A stretch of 64,000 nucleotides of DNA, taken from Chlorokybus atmophyticus. Its lineage: Eukaryota; Plantae; Mesostigma and Chlorokybus algae. Location: contig RHPI01002615.1 in NCBI GenBank assembly GCA_009103225.1, forward strand, positions 194,328-258,327, given 5' to 3'. Below, one piece after another: positions 1 through 11,852 of this stretch. Made by a program: the position numbers and the translations under genes. Each line of letters opens with the position of its first letter. The first letter of the stretch is position 1. The notes under the pieces are model-generated. The model searched no databases and had not been told where the DNA came from. It saw nothing but the letters and a program-made list of their open reading frames with translations.

Positions 1-1020
1 ACGCCCGGCGATTGGGTGGGGGCACCTCCTCGCGCTGGCCATCGTTATGATGCGTCAGAATGCGTCGTTGTTCCGAATGTAGTTCTTTGCTCGGTGCAGA
101 GCATGGTCAGTCTCTTCGTGGTCCAGCCTAGCAGACAAAGCTTGCTGACTTAATCAATTGCAAGGTGGGTACGTCTGTTTCAATGTCTCCTTCACATGCA
201 GGGGGTATGGTGGCCCTGAGCAGTGGATTACGGGCCTTGGCGCGTATACCGACTGCAACGATTAACGTGGCGTGCTTACGAAGAGTGTCATCGTCATATC
301 GTGCATCAGTGGCATCCACCATGTCGGGGTTGTGGTTGCGACTCGGGCCATCAGCATCAGTGTTGCCGATGCCTAGCTTGTAAGTAATGGTGAAGTCGTA
401 TTCCTGTAGCAGTAAAGCTCAGCGAGCATGCTTGCCTGGGAGTTTGTTGCTGGTGAGAAGCTATTGCAGAGTCTGGTGGTCGGCGATCAGCTCGCATTGG
501 TAGCAAAAGAGAAATGGCCGAAAGAACTAAATTAAGGCCTAAACAGCTGCGAGCTGCTCCCCTTCATAGCTGATGTGTTGGCTTCCGTAACGTTATTGCT
601 TCAAATGGCGTAAGCAATGGCTTGTTCTTTGCCCTTGTTGTACATTTTGGCAAAGCACCGCACCCAACTCAAGCCGGCTCCAATCCATATGAAGGATAAA
701 AGCTTGCTGTAGTCAAGGCGCGCTAGGATGGGGGCCAATTGCAGGTGGCTCTTTAGTGCCTTGAAGGCCTGCTGCTCGGCTTCTCCCCAATGCCAAGCGA
801 TGACTTCCTTTAGCAAGTCATTAAGGGGTTTATCCAGCCTGGAAGAAGTGAAGGACGAACCGACGGTAGTAGTTGGCCAGACCAAAGAAGGCATGCAGCC
901 GCGAGATCTCCGTGGGTGGTGGCACCTTCAGCAACGCATCCACTTTTACCTGCTGCACCATTACTTTGTTAGGGACAATGCGGTGGCCGAGGATTTGAAT
1001 CTTGTCAACAAAAAACACCG
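1..1020 (-). mobile_element. Degenerate Ty3/Gypsy pol fragment (RT C-terminus, RNase H, linker to integrase)
   Basis: Minus-strand translations ILGHRIVP..VQQVKVDALL, FFGLANYYRRFV, PLNDLLKKEV-like, and LLLQEYDFTITYK..DADG match the RT/RNase H of the element at 22450-23160. Contains stops and frameshifts. Confidence 0.85.
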
Positions 1021-4000
1021 ATAATTTTAACACCCCTAATGTTTTTGCTAACGCCCTATATAATCACTCCATTTACTGTTTGACGCGTTTATCGCGTGAA
1101 TTTCCATGCGTTACGCACATTTGGTACGATCCCGGCCAAACGCAGAATGCGAAATTTATCCATAAATGGAATGAAATTTTCTGCCGTTGCATGGAAGATA
1201 TGATATAAACCATACTCCCATAAACAGCACCATACATGGTACGCCTGCAGTAACCATATAAGGTTTGGTTACAGGCCATGCATGCACCGTATGTGGTGGC
1301 ATATATAATACAAGCCATAATCCTGACATGTTACACCGTATACGTTGTGTGTTCATGCCATAGCAAGGCTGGTGCAAAAAATGAACCATGCGTGGTTCGC
1401 TTTTAATCCACCGCCATACGAGGCATATACATCTTTATGACCATGCACGGCGTCACATGTTCACCACCATATGCGGTGTATGGGGCGCAGCCATGTATGC
1501 GTGCGTGTTAGCCATACCTCTTGTATATGCTGCCATGCATGTCTTCAATATTTGACCCGATGTGGCCAGAACCATGTATGGCCATAGGTGGTGTGCTTGT
1601 TAGCCATACCTCTCGTGGATTGCTGCCATGCATAGTCTTGATATTTGACCATGTGGCCATAATCATGTACCACCATAGCTGGTGTGCCCACATGCGTGTA
1701 CATGGCCTTAATGCATGCCATACGTCCCGAATGACTTTACTTGCCAGTACATGGTGTCATCTTGCCTATGCATTGAGACAATGGCGATCAATGTTGGTAA
1801 TCACTTCAATGGAATTACTTGCCAACAAAAATTGGCAGGCCTATTGTTGCATGCGCATAACGGCAGTCAATGTTAGAAATTGAACAAACTGACTTGAGTG
1901 TGATATTACTTGCCAATAAGCGGCAGGCTTGTCAATAAATGCGCACAATAGCAGCCAGTGTGAATGTTGCAACACTAGTAGCAAATGGCGTGTGTTCATA
2001 TTAGGCTGTAATAATTTCCATTGTATTGCGCGCTTGACCGCATTCTCTAAGCATGCCCGGCTAGTGTATGCAAGTGTGCATATGCAATATAAAGGCAGTT
2101 GCACAAGGGTGGATATACAGTGAGAAGTTGTACAATCTATGTAACCTGTACACAGATAGCAGTCTTTAAGAGTCAACTGCCAAACAGGCTAGGTCTTTTG
2201 TTTTGGGTGTGGAGGGGGTGGGGACAGCAGCGAGCTATGAATGCTTGCTTGACTTGGCAGACGCTTTGAGCCTTTAGTGGGTAATTTCCCTCCGGTCTGC
2301 GACGCCCACGTGACATACCGGCTGCGGTACTGGCGCTTGGAGTCTTTTTGCCCTTCTTGGACCCGTGCTTTGCTCGAGTGGTTTGGGCGCTCGTGTTGGC
2401 ACCGCTGCCATCACCCCGATCTATCTCGTAGACTAAAATGCGAAAAATTGAGTCAGCATCTTCGTTTCTTTGACATGCACGTTGTTCAACTAATCTTGAG
2501 ACTGCGCAAGCAGATTTAGCACAATCAGCCGAGAGCAGCTGATTGCAACAACAAGTGTTAATTGTGAGCGATGAACGCACGCACCGTTTTTAGCGCGTTG
2601 CTTACGGCCATGCGCTTGCCGTCCAGCTGGTTATATTTTGCTGTGGCGGCCGCTAAACGAATGTGCAGGTTGCCTTTCTCGTTGGGCGGTGCCATTTTCA
2701 GCGCTTTAAACGCCACCATGCTCTCTTGCAAGGCAGTGGCCCTGCGAGTGCTTAGGCTGTCGCGCTGCTCAGTCAGTTCTTGGAGGGGGGCCCTTGCCAG
2801 CCTGCCGAATTCATCAGCTTCAAAAATTCCGTCCTGATGCAATAAAGGGTGTCGATCTGTTGCATCAGACGTTAAGCACAGTGAATTAATTACATATGCA
2901 TGATGTGGGATGTGGGATGAAGGCAATAATTTTTTACCTGCCCTGTGGAAAATGAAAAACTCTTGATCTTGCAGAGTTTGGTCTCGTTCTCAAAAAACGA
3001 TGTAAACGCCTGCATTAACATTGTATAGATATGCATAATACACCTGCATGCATGCATGCTGGCTTGAAGACTCAGTGTATGATGTGGACGATGACTAGAC
3101 TCTGCATGCAGCGTGCAGCGTTTGTGAGGTCGCCAGTGGGATGAAATGGAGTTTGCACGCGTGTATGATGCTTGCATTACGACCGAGAGAATGTTGGTGA
3201 CTGTGCATGTACACGTGTAGGACTTGTGACACTTGCAGCAAAGCCCTGTTCATGCAACTGAGAGGGGATGTCGGTGACTGTGCATGTACACATGCAGGAC
3301 TTGTGGATAATGACCAGACTGTGTGTGCAGCGTGCAGCGTGTGCAATGTTGACAATGATTTGGTTGAGGACAGTTGGCTCGCGTGCCTGAAGACAATAAA
3401 CTCATGTGAGTGTGAGCGCACGTGAGTGCATGTAACTAGTAGTGAGAATGGAAAGGACATGTAATGCAGTCATGCAAGTGAAATTGACACGAGTGCCAAT
3501 GTAGCGCGTGCTATACTACCGCTTGCAGCTTGCAGCGTGCAGGAGAGACATGCAATCTATGCATCAAGCACGAGCACCTCCACGGGCGGGAGGGCCGTGA
3601 CGTCTACTGATTGGGGTGAAGGGGGGTCAGGGGTATGAGGCTAGTGGCGGCTAGCCTCTCTCTGCACCCCCTCTCTCTGAGCCTGCCCACCAGGACCACC
3701 TATCCCACGCCCATCTACGCGCGCTCCACCATTCACCTGTGGAGCCACCTCGGCCACTGCATCTGCAGACGCTTGCCCAGCCTCGGGCTGATCACGTGAC
3801 TGAGCATTGTGGTTGCCCGTGCTGCTGGGGTCGACTACACCGCCGCCCGCAACAACTGCGCCAACAGCCATTGTTGCCGAAGGCAGCAGTGCGCGAGAAT
3901 CTCAATACTCTCAAGTCAAAACCAACCCTGAGCTGACAGCTGTCATCTCTGTCAAGCCTAGAAACGCATACATTGATAGCCATCAGTGATGTGACTGGTG

Positions 4001-4449
4001 GGTAGTTGTTGTTGGCGGTAGCAGCCAGGCTGGTTGAGGAATTTAGGGGGCGGCGGCGGCGGGGCAGCTAATGGTGTCGTTAATCATCTTCCACCTATCA
4101 CCACTAACTATCGACAGGCGGCCATGGATCAGGTAAGGCTAAGCAATCTGGTGCAAGGCGTGTATGAAAAGACAAAATGTAGCTTTATGTCAGCGTAGTA
4201 GATGAACAAGATGTGCACCTTTCATGCAAGTGCAAGTATGCGTGAGACTATGAGGCTATCTGTGCGCGTTGCAAGTGTCATTGAACCAGATGTGTAGTTT
4301 ACGTGCAAGTAACATGTATGCAACACAATGTGTGGCAATCCCTGCATGCATGTGGCATGCTTGCACCGCATTGTTGGCCTGTGCATACATGTCGGAAGTG
4401 TCGTTGAACCAGATATGTACTTTGCATGCTGTCGACCAGTTTGCAAAGT

Positions 4450-4684
4450 TGTCGGGCCTGGCAAGTGTGTCCCTCCGGGTCGATCCCAACTGTATTGCCA
4501 TCATGAAGATTGGTGCCAGTCCTGTGGATTGTCAGTTGATGTAGCTGTATAGCATGGAAGGCGAACAATACCCCCCTGGCTGTACCTATGTGCGGGTATC
4601 ACACCTGTGATGAGGCTATCATGTAATACAGTGTGGCATGGTGTGTGATTGCATGCTGACAATGCAAGCGGGAGCAAATATACA
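4450..4684 (-). repeat. B-type terminal repeat (LTR-like, 235 bp)
   Basis: On the minus strand it starts TGTA right after a poly-G tract plus GGCT and ends CCCGACA. Same position, near-identical length and same last 7 nt as 24950-25185, but the internal sequence is highly diverged. Confidence 0.65.
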
Positions 4685-4698
4685 AGCCCCCCCCCCCC

Positions 4699-4855
4699 NN
4701 NNNNNNNNNNNNNNNNNNNNNNNNNNNNNNNNNNNNNNNNNNNNNNNNNNNNNNNNNNNNNNNNNNNNNNNNNNNNNNNNNNNNNNNNNNNNNNNNNNNN
4801 NNNNNNNNNNNNNNNNNNNNNNNNNNNNNNNNNNNNNNNNNNNNNNNNNNNNNNN
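4699..4855. other. Assembly gap flanked by C runs
   Basis: Run of N inside the putative polypurine tract. Confidence 0.95.
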
Positions 4856-5939
4856 CCCCCCCCCCCCCCCCCCCCCCTATGAATTGAGGAAGTATTTGCT
4901 TTGGTGAGCAGCACTCAGCGAGAGTAAGGGGGACCATGGATGCGGCAATCTTCACACCATTACGCCTCAAGGGAACAGTGTTCGTTGGAGGATCGAGATT
5001 GTGTTATTGCCAACCGTTGTTGCAGCCGCTGCACAACATTATAAGTGCATCATCGTCGGCACTGTCGCATTTCTCACAACGCTTGTTGCGGCTTGATTGG
5101 GGGTGCTGAACGATGCCAAAGCTTGCAACGTGTGGAAGGTGACATGAAGGACAATTCTTCATGTTGTTTTTAAGTCGCTCACCGTTGTTGCCGAGCAAAT
5201 CCAACACTTCAAAGAGAAGTACCTTCAGACATTGTGTAGATGACGCGGTCGACGCTAATGTCCAGAGTGTCCTTGATCTGCGTCATGCGGTAGACATAGT
5301 CGCCCGCTTCGAAGCGGCGAGTGCGCTGTTTGTAGGACCCACTGCAGATGCGCTCGTAGCGCAGCGTGTCGCGGTGCTGGGCGATGTGGAGGTTGCCCAT
5401 GGCCATGGGAATGATGTGAGCAAACAGGTAGGTGCGCAGCTGCATGTCGTGCAACATGGCCACATGGTTGTCGAGGTTGGCCAGCACGGGCTCCACTTTT
5501 TTCTGTGCGCGAAAGGGAAGCAACGGCTCTCAGCCAAACAGCAGTCGATACGGGCTGTACATGCGCCAGGAGGCTTGCTTGGACAATCGGTAGCCAAGTG
5601 CAAGCCAGGGGAGGTAGTCATCCCAAGTGCGCTTCTTGTGGTCGATGACGTATTTGCGCAACGCCTACTTGATGGTCTAAACAGTGCGCTCTGCCAGACC
5701 ATCTCCTTATGGGTGGTCGCGTGAAGTGCGACGATGGTCAATGTAAGAGCGATCCAACAAGGTGTCGAACTCTACTCCCTGGTCGAGGATGACTTCAGCA
5801 CATGAGCCGAAGCGACTGAGCACATGGTCAAAAAAGGCCTGAGCGGTTTCTCTGTTGCTCTTGTCGGCACGGGGCACCGACTCGATCCACTTGCACAAGT
5901 GCTCCATCATGACGCGGATGTGCTTGTTGCCACGAGCTG

Positions 5940-6402
5940 TGTTAAAAAAGCTAGCAACACATGTAGCTAAGGCTGATGCTGGACATGCACACACACAACG
6001 CTACAGCCGCGAGGGCATACGCAAGAGCAACACGCTCACTTGATTACAACTAAGTCAGGGGCTTTTATACCCGCTGCAAGTACACCTGTCTACTTTAGGA
6101 GCAACTGTGTACGCTACACGTTATCTATTATCATGAACGTAATTGCGTGATGTAGCTACTAACTACAACATCTTTCTAACAGGCTAAGCCACGCGCCATA
6201 AGGTGACGTATCCACTAAGTTATGAGCGTTCTTCTGCGCGCCTGGCCGTTGCGCCTAAAACCTTCTCTTCGACTAGAGTCTCCGTCTAAAACCTTTTCGC
6301 ATGGTGTCCACTCCTGGAACCATTTGATGGCTAAACCTTCGGAGCTGACGCCTATGCTTGTATAGAGGGCAAGACTGACCGAATATAGTACTATCCTGAA
6401 CA
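5940..6402 (-). repeat. Copia 3' LTR
   Basis: TGTTAA...TGAACA, roughly 80% similar by eye to 11379-11852. A short purine-rich GTGGGAG precedes it on the minus strand. Confidence 0.85.
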
Positions 6403-6439
6403 CTCCCACGCGGGCAGCTTGTCCTCAAGCCTCGAGTCT

Positions 6440-9400
6440 CTGCTCCTGCATAATTACTTGCAAATGCACAGTCCCAAACAACACACATGACACTTGAGCG
6501 CTGGCAATGCCTTTGTCATGAAGTCTCAAAGCATGGCCTCGGTGTTGCAATACCAGAAAACAACCTGCTTCTTTGTGACTCTGTCACGGACAAAGTGATG
6601 CATGACATCAAGGTACTTTGTCCTTGCTGAGGCGGTGGGATGCTTCAGCAACTCAATGGCGCCTTCGTCGTCGCAGTGGATTGTGATGCACACCTTTAAC
6701 TCCTCCGAATCTGCCTTCAGCTTGCAAAGCCACGATGCCTCCTTTATAGCTGCTGATGCTGCCGTGTACTCAGCCTCTAAAGTGGATGCCGATGTGGTTG
6801 GTTGCCTGCTAATTCAGCTCACAATGCCTCCATTTAGCTTGAAGACATAGCCGGTGGTGGACCTCCTGCTGTCAAGGCCACCTGCAAAGTTTAAGTCGCA
6901 GTAGCCCTTCAACTCAGAGCTCCAGCTCCCGAACTTGATGCCAATAGTAGCACTCCCAGCAGCATAGCGAAGTACACCCTTTGCAGCCTTCTAGTGCTCC
7001 ATGCTCGGTGCAGACATGTAGCAAGGACTGCAACAGCACGTGCAATATCTGGACGTGTGCACACTGCTAAACAGAGCATGCTGCCTACCGGTTTACCGTA
7101 TGGGTACTTGGTCTTGTCAAGAACCTCCTCAACTTTCGCCTTGACGAGGTGGGTGCCGAGTGCAAGTGGAGTGGACTTGGTCTTTGCCTTCTTAAGCCCA
7201 AACTTGGTGACAAGTCTCTTCACCATCTGCTCCTGACTGATCTTGATGGTGCGCGCCGCTCTGTCGCGCTCAATCACCATGCCAAGAAACCACTTGGCCT
7301 CTCCAAAATCACGCACTGAGAATGCCTGCAATGCCTTCTTTGTCTCCAAATTCTTCATATGCTTGGCGGTGATGATGATGCCATCCACATACACCAATAG
7401 ACCTTCTTCTCAGGGTGGAAGAAGAGTTTAGGGTCTGCTGAGGACTAAAAGCCAAGTGCCTCCAACTCTTTGGTGAGGCGGATGTGCCACATGCGTGATG
7501 TCTCAGCGCATCCAACGCGTTGATGAGCTTGCAAACATTGCCTGGCTCCCCTTCTTCACATCCTGGTGGTTGCTGGATGTGGATCGCTTCCTCAAGCTCT
7601 CCAAAGAAAAAGGCAGTCTTTACGTCGAGGTGGTAAAGCTTCTAGTCTTTAGCCGCAACAAAGGCAAGCAATGTGCGGAATGTGGCATGCTTACTTGCAG
7701 GCGCAAGGACCTCATTGACGTCTACGCCTTTTTGTTGCAAGAAGCCCTTTGCCGCCAGCTTTGCCTTGTAGCGCTCTATGTTGCCTTGACCGTCTCTCTT
7801 CACCTTGAAGACCTACTTAACAGGGATTGGTTTCTCGCCTAAAGGTAGCTTCTCAGCTACCCAGGTTTCTTTGGCATGGAGTGACGCGATCTCCTCGTCC
7901 ATGGCTTGCAGTGCCTCCTGGTATGTACTTAGCTCCTCTATGCTGTCTCCCTCTTGACACACGTTTACAAGTGCCTTGTGGTAGAAGTCAGGACTTTTCC
8001 TCTCCCGCTAAAAATAGCGACGACCAGACGCCTGCTGCTGCTCGCCTGAAAACCTTTGCGGCGCCAGAAAGTCTTCAATGATGATGCATGTCTCGCCAGA
8101 AGCCTCCACTCTCTCAAGGACCGGCTTGTGGCTGTGCCTCATTTTCATTCTCTTGAATGAAACATGCTTCTGGTAGTGACCCCTCGTGGAACACCACCTC
8201 TTTGCTGATGATGATCTTGTGGCTCTCTTGTAGCAAGATCATGTATGCCTTTGAGCCTGGTTTGTAGCCAAAAACTTTTTTCTTGCTGACTGGCCGGAAC
8301 TTGTGCCGTAGCTGCTTTGGCACCAGTGCATATGATGTGCAATCAAACACACGCATACCACTCACACCTGGTGCAGCTTCATAGAAGAGCTCCCACGGTG
8401 TCTTTTAATCAGAGCTCACAGATGACCGATTGCAGATGTAGTTGGCAGTGAGGACGGCCTCCTTCCACAAAGAGTCCTCAAACTTGCAATTGTCTAGCAT
8501 AGCCCGCACGCTCCAATAGGGTTCGGTTCAGGCGTTTAGCCGCTCCAATTTGCTGCGGAGTGTAGGGCGCCGTCTTGTCTCATGTCTTATGCCTTTGCTG
8601 GCGAAGAAGTCCTTGAACTGGGCATTGATGTACTCCCCTCCTCTATCATTGTGCATTGCCTTCATCTTCTTGCCTGATTGTGACTTCAGCAATGCTATGA
8701 CATTGCGCACAGTTCCTTCACATCCGACTTCAGGGACAGAGGATGAATGGACAGCTTGCTGTAATCGTCGAGGAAAGATGCAAAGTACCTTACCCTTCCC
8801 TTCGCTATAATGCACATAGGCCCGCATACATTCATATGCACCAACTCGCCTGGAACTCCAAAAGAAGATGACGGGAACGGCATCCTATGCTGCTTGGCCA
8901 TGGCACAGAGTTCACACAGCACACCTGAAGACGCCTGAAAGTCTTCCTTGCGGACGTGGATGCCCTTGACCATGTCTTCATCCACTAGGTGTGTGAGGTT
9001 GTTGTAGCCAAGATGCCCGAACCTCCTATGCCAAAGTTCAGCGGCTTCCTTCGCCTTCACCACGTTGGCCTTGATGCTATGACGCTGCTCCACGATGTAG
9101 AGCCCTTCTTGCGCGATGCCAACCATATGCACAACCTCATCCATGAGCACAAAGCATCGACCCTCCCAGATGATGATCTCAGCCACGCGCTTAGCAACCC
9201 TCACAAAGAATAGACTAGCAACAGCCCTAGAAACGTGCAGAACCTCTCTCTATAACACCTCTCTCACGCTATCACCAACCTTGGAATGGAGCCGCACTTT
9301 ACCCACGCCTCCAGCCTCCAGCATGTGACCTTTGAAGCCCTCCACCTTCTTTGTGGTTTGCAGCTTCCTGTAGTTCTGCATGACCTCCATGTGCGGTGTA

Positions 9401-11290
9401 AGTGCTGGTCGCATCAAGAGTCTATCGCCCATGATGTGGTAGACATCTCCCTTGATGCAGTGAAGGCAACGTTCTTCATTTTATGCCGGTCGTTGCCACT
9501 GGGTTTGGTGCTGGCTCCTTGCTCTCGTTAGCGCTTGCGACAATCTCTCACAATGTGACCCTTGAAGCCACAACAATTGCACGAGAGGTTCATGTGCCTG
9601 ATGTTGTTGTTGCCGCTTATGCCTTTATTTTTCTCTTCATGATTGTAGGGTTTGTTCTTGTTTGTGTAAAAGGCGACAGCGTCCGCGTGCTCATCCTTCT
9701 TCACCACATGTTGCTCCACAAGCAATAAGTTGGGCAAGACATCGTCCAGGGTAGAGACGGAGGTTGTACTGGCTATCATGGCAGGACTACCAGCAGGTAT
9801 GAAGTCGTCACCACTCTGCTAGAGACATTGTCATCTAGCAGAGTGGTGACGACTTCATACGTGCTGGTCAAGAAGGAGGGTGAGCCCATTATCAAGTATG
9901 TTGCGCGTGCAAGAGAGCTGTGGGCAAACCTCAACAGCGTCGGCCACAAGCTGGTAGAGACGGAGGTTGTACTGGCTATCATGGCAGGACTACCAGCAGG
10001 TATGAAGTCGTCACCACTCTACTAGAGACATTGTCATCTAGCAGAGTGGTGACGACTTCATACCTGCTGGTCAAGAAGGAGGGTGAGCCCATTATCAAGT
10101 ATGTTGCGCGTGCAAGAGAGCTGTGGGCAAACCTCAACAGCGTCGGCCACAAGCTGGTAGAGACGGAGGTTGTACTGGCTATCATGGCAGGACTACCAGC
10201 AGGTATGAAGTCGTCACCACTCTGCTAGAGACATTGTCATCTAGCAGAGTGGTGACGACTTCATACCTGCTGGTCAAGAAGGAGGGTGAGCCCATTATCA
10301 AGTATGTTGCGCGTGCAAGAGAGCTGTGGGCAAACCTCAACAGCGTCGGCCACAAGCTGGTAGAGACGGAGGTTGTACTGGCTATCATGGCAGGACTACC
10401 AGCAGGTATGAAGTCGTCACCACTCTGCTAGAGACATTGTCATCTAGCAGAGTGGTGACGACTTCATACCTGCTGGTCAAGAAGGAGGGTGAGCCCATTA
10501 TCAAGTATGTTGCGCGTGCAAGAGAGCTGTGGGCAAACCTCAACAGCGTCGGCCACAAGCTGGTAGAGACGGAGGTTGTACTGGCTATCATGGCAGGACT
10601 ACCAGCAGGTATGAAGTCGTCACCACTCTGCTAGAGACATTGTCATCTAGCAGAGTGGTGACGACTTCAAACCTGCTGGTAGTCCTGCCATGATAGCCAG
10701 TACAACCTCCGTCTCTACCAGCTTGTGGCCGACGTTGTTGAGGTTTGCTAGATGACAATGTCTCTAGCAGAGTGGTGACGACTTCATACCTGCTGGTAGT
10801 CCTGCCATGATAGCCAGTACAACCTCCGTCTCTACCAGCTTGTGGCCGACGTTGTTGAGGTTTGCCCACAGCTCTCTTGCACGCGCAACATACTTGATAA
10901 TGGGCTCACCCTCCTTCTTGAGCGCACTCAACTACTTGCTGAATGTAAGCTTTCTGGCGTTGTTCTTGGCTTGAACATTGATGCAAGCTTCTCCCAAGCT
11001 TGCCTTTCATCTTCACATGCGGTGAGCATGGGAAAGTGATGCGATTTGAAATTCAATACAAGCAACGACTGTGCTTCTGCTAAACGCTCAGACCACACAA
11101 TATTCTCCCCAGGTATTGGTGGTGGTGCCTTCAGATCCACGTACTTCCACATGTTCTTGTGGATGAGAAACGCCTTCGTCTCCACACACAATGTGATGTA
11201 GTTGTTGATGTTCAACTTCGCGGTCAACCCCTTGTTGTAGCTAGCCTCCATCTTTGCCGCGCATGCTCCTCTCCAGCAGTTGGCACCCAA
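6440..11290 (-). pseudogene. Copia gag-pol, disrupted by many stops and frameshifts
   Basis: Motifs as listed for the element; no continuous ORF. Confidence 0.9.
9751..10925. repeat. 203-bp tandem array of a gag segment, each unit containing a fold-back, ending in a long inverted repeat
   Basis: Unit start GTAGAGACGGAGG at 9751, 9954, 10157, 10360 and 10563. Perfect 27-bp arms at 9797-9823 and 9834-9860 around GACATTGTCA. Confidence 0.95.
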
Positions 11291-11364
11291 GACTCTGCTA
11301 CTCATAAGCTACCGTAGTGTAGTAACCAGTAGTGTCTGCTTCTATCACACCCTTGACACGTGGT

Positions 11365-11378
11365 GTGGGCCCATAACC
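11365..11378 (-). promoter_or_regulatory. Primer-binding site complementary to the anticodon region of tRNA-iMet
   Basis: Minus strand reads GGTTATGGGCCCAC immediately after the 5' LTR. Plus-strand GTGGGCCCATAACC equals the internal sequence of plant tRNA-iMet. Confidence 0.9.
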
Positions 11379-11852
11379 TGTTGAATAAGCTATCAACACA
11401 TGTAGCTAAGGCCGATGCTAAACATGCACACACACAACTTTACAGCCGCGAGAGCATACACAAGAGCAACATTTTCACTTGATTACAACTCAGTCATGGG
11501 CTTTTATACCCGCTGCAAGTACACCTGTCTACTTTAAAAGCAACTGTGTACGCTACACGTTGTCAACTAATATAAACTTAATTGCATTACGCAGCTAACT
11601 TCAAGAGCTTTCTAACAAGCTAAGCCACGCGCCAAAAGGTGACCTAGCCACCAAGTTATGAGTGTTCTTCTGCACGTGCCTGGAAGTCGCGCCTGGAACC
11701 TTCTCTCCGCCTTGAGTCTCCGCCTAGAACCTTCTCGAATGGTGTCCGCGCATGGAACCTTCTAGCGGCAAAACCTTCGGAGTTGACGCAAGTGCCTATA
11801 AGGGCATATATATGGTGGGCAAGGCTGACCGGTTATAGAGATAACCTCAACA
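11379..11852 (-). repeat. Copia 5' LTR with TATA box and HSE-like motifs
   Basis: TGTTGA...TCAACA. Minus-strand TATAAA at 11503-11508. GAAnnTTC at 11696, 11727 and 11755. Confidence 0.9.

Larger units (their letters stand above)
4450..5939 (-). mobile_element. 3' fragment of a related Gypsy element: integrase core, PHD finger, G-rich PPT and terminal repeat
   Basis: ARGNKHIRVMMEHLCKW..SRFGSCAEVILDQG..HRRTSRDHP, AQHRDTLRYERI and RCEKCDSADDDALIMLCSGCNNGW are collinear with 23850-24899. Cut at 5939 by the Copia LTR. Confidence 0.9.
5940..11852 (-). mobile_element. Ty1/Copia LTR retrotransposon, degenerate (Osser-like half-tRNA PBS)
   Basis: Two similar TG..CA LTRs. Minus-strand domains in Copia order: gag, CNCCGFKGHIVRDC knuckle, protease WAIDS*CDQH, GAG-pre-integrase LWHRRFGHLG, integrase ELVHMNVCGPM, RT VYVDGII, RNase H RRSTTGYVF..EAEY. 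Confidence 0.95.

Noticed and set aside
9751-10660. CRISPR-like regular repeat with a palindrome
   Set aside because: The units are fully identical with no unique spacers, derive from Copia gag, and lie in a eukaryotic context with no cas genes.
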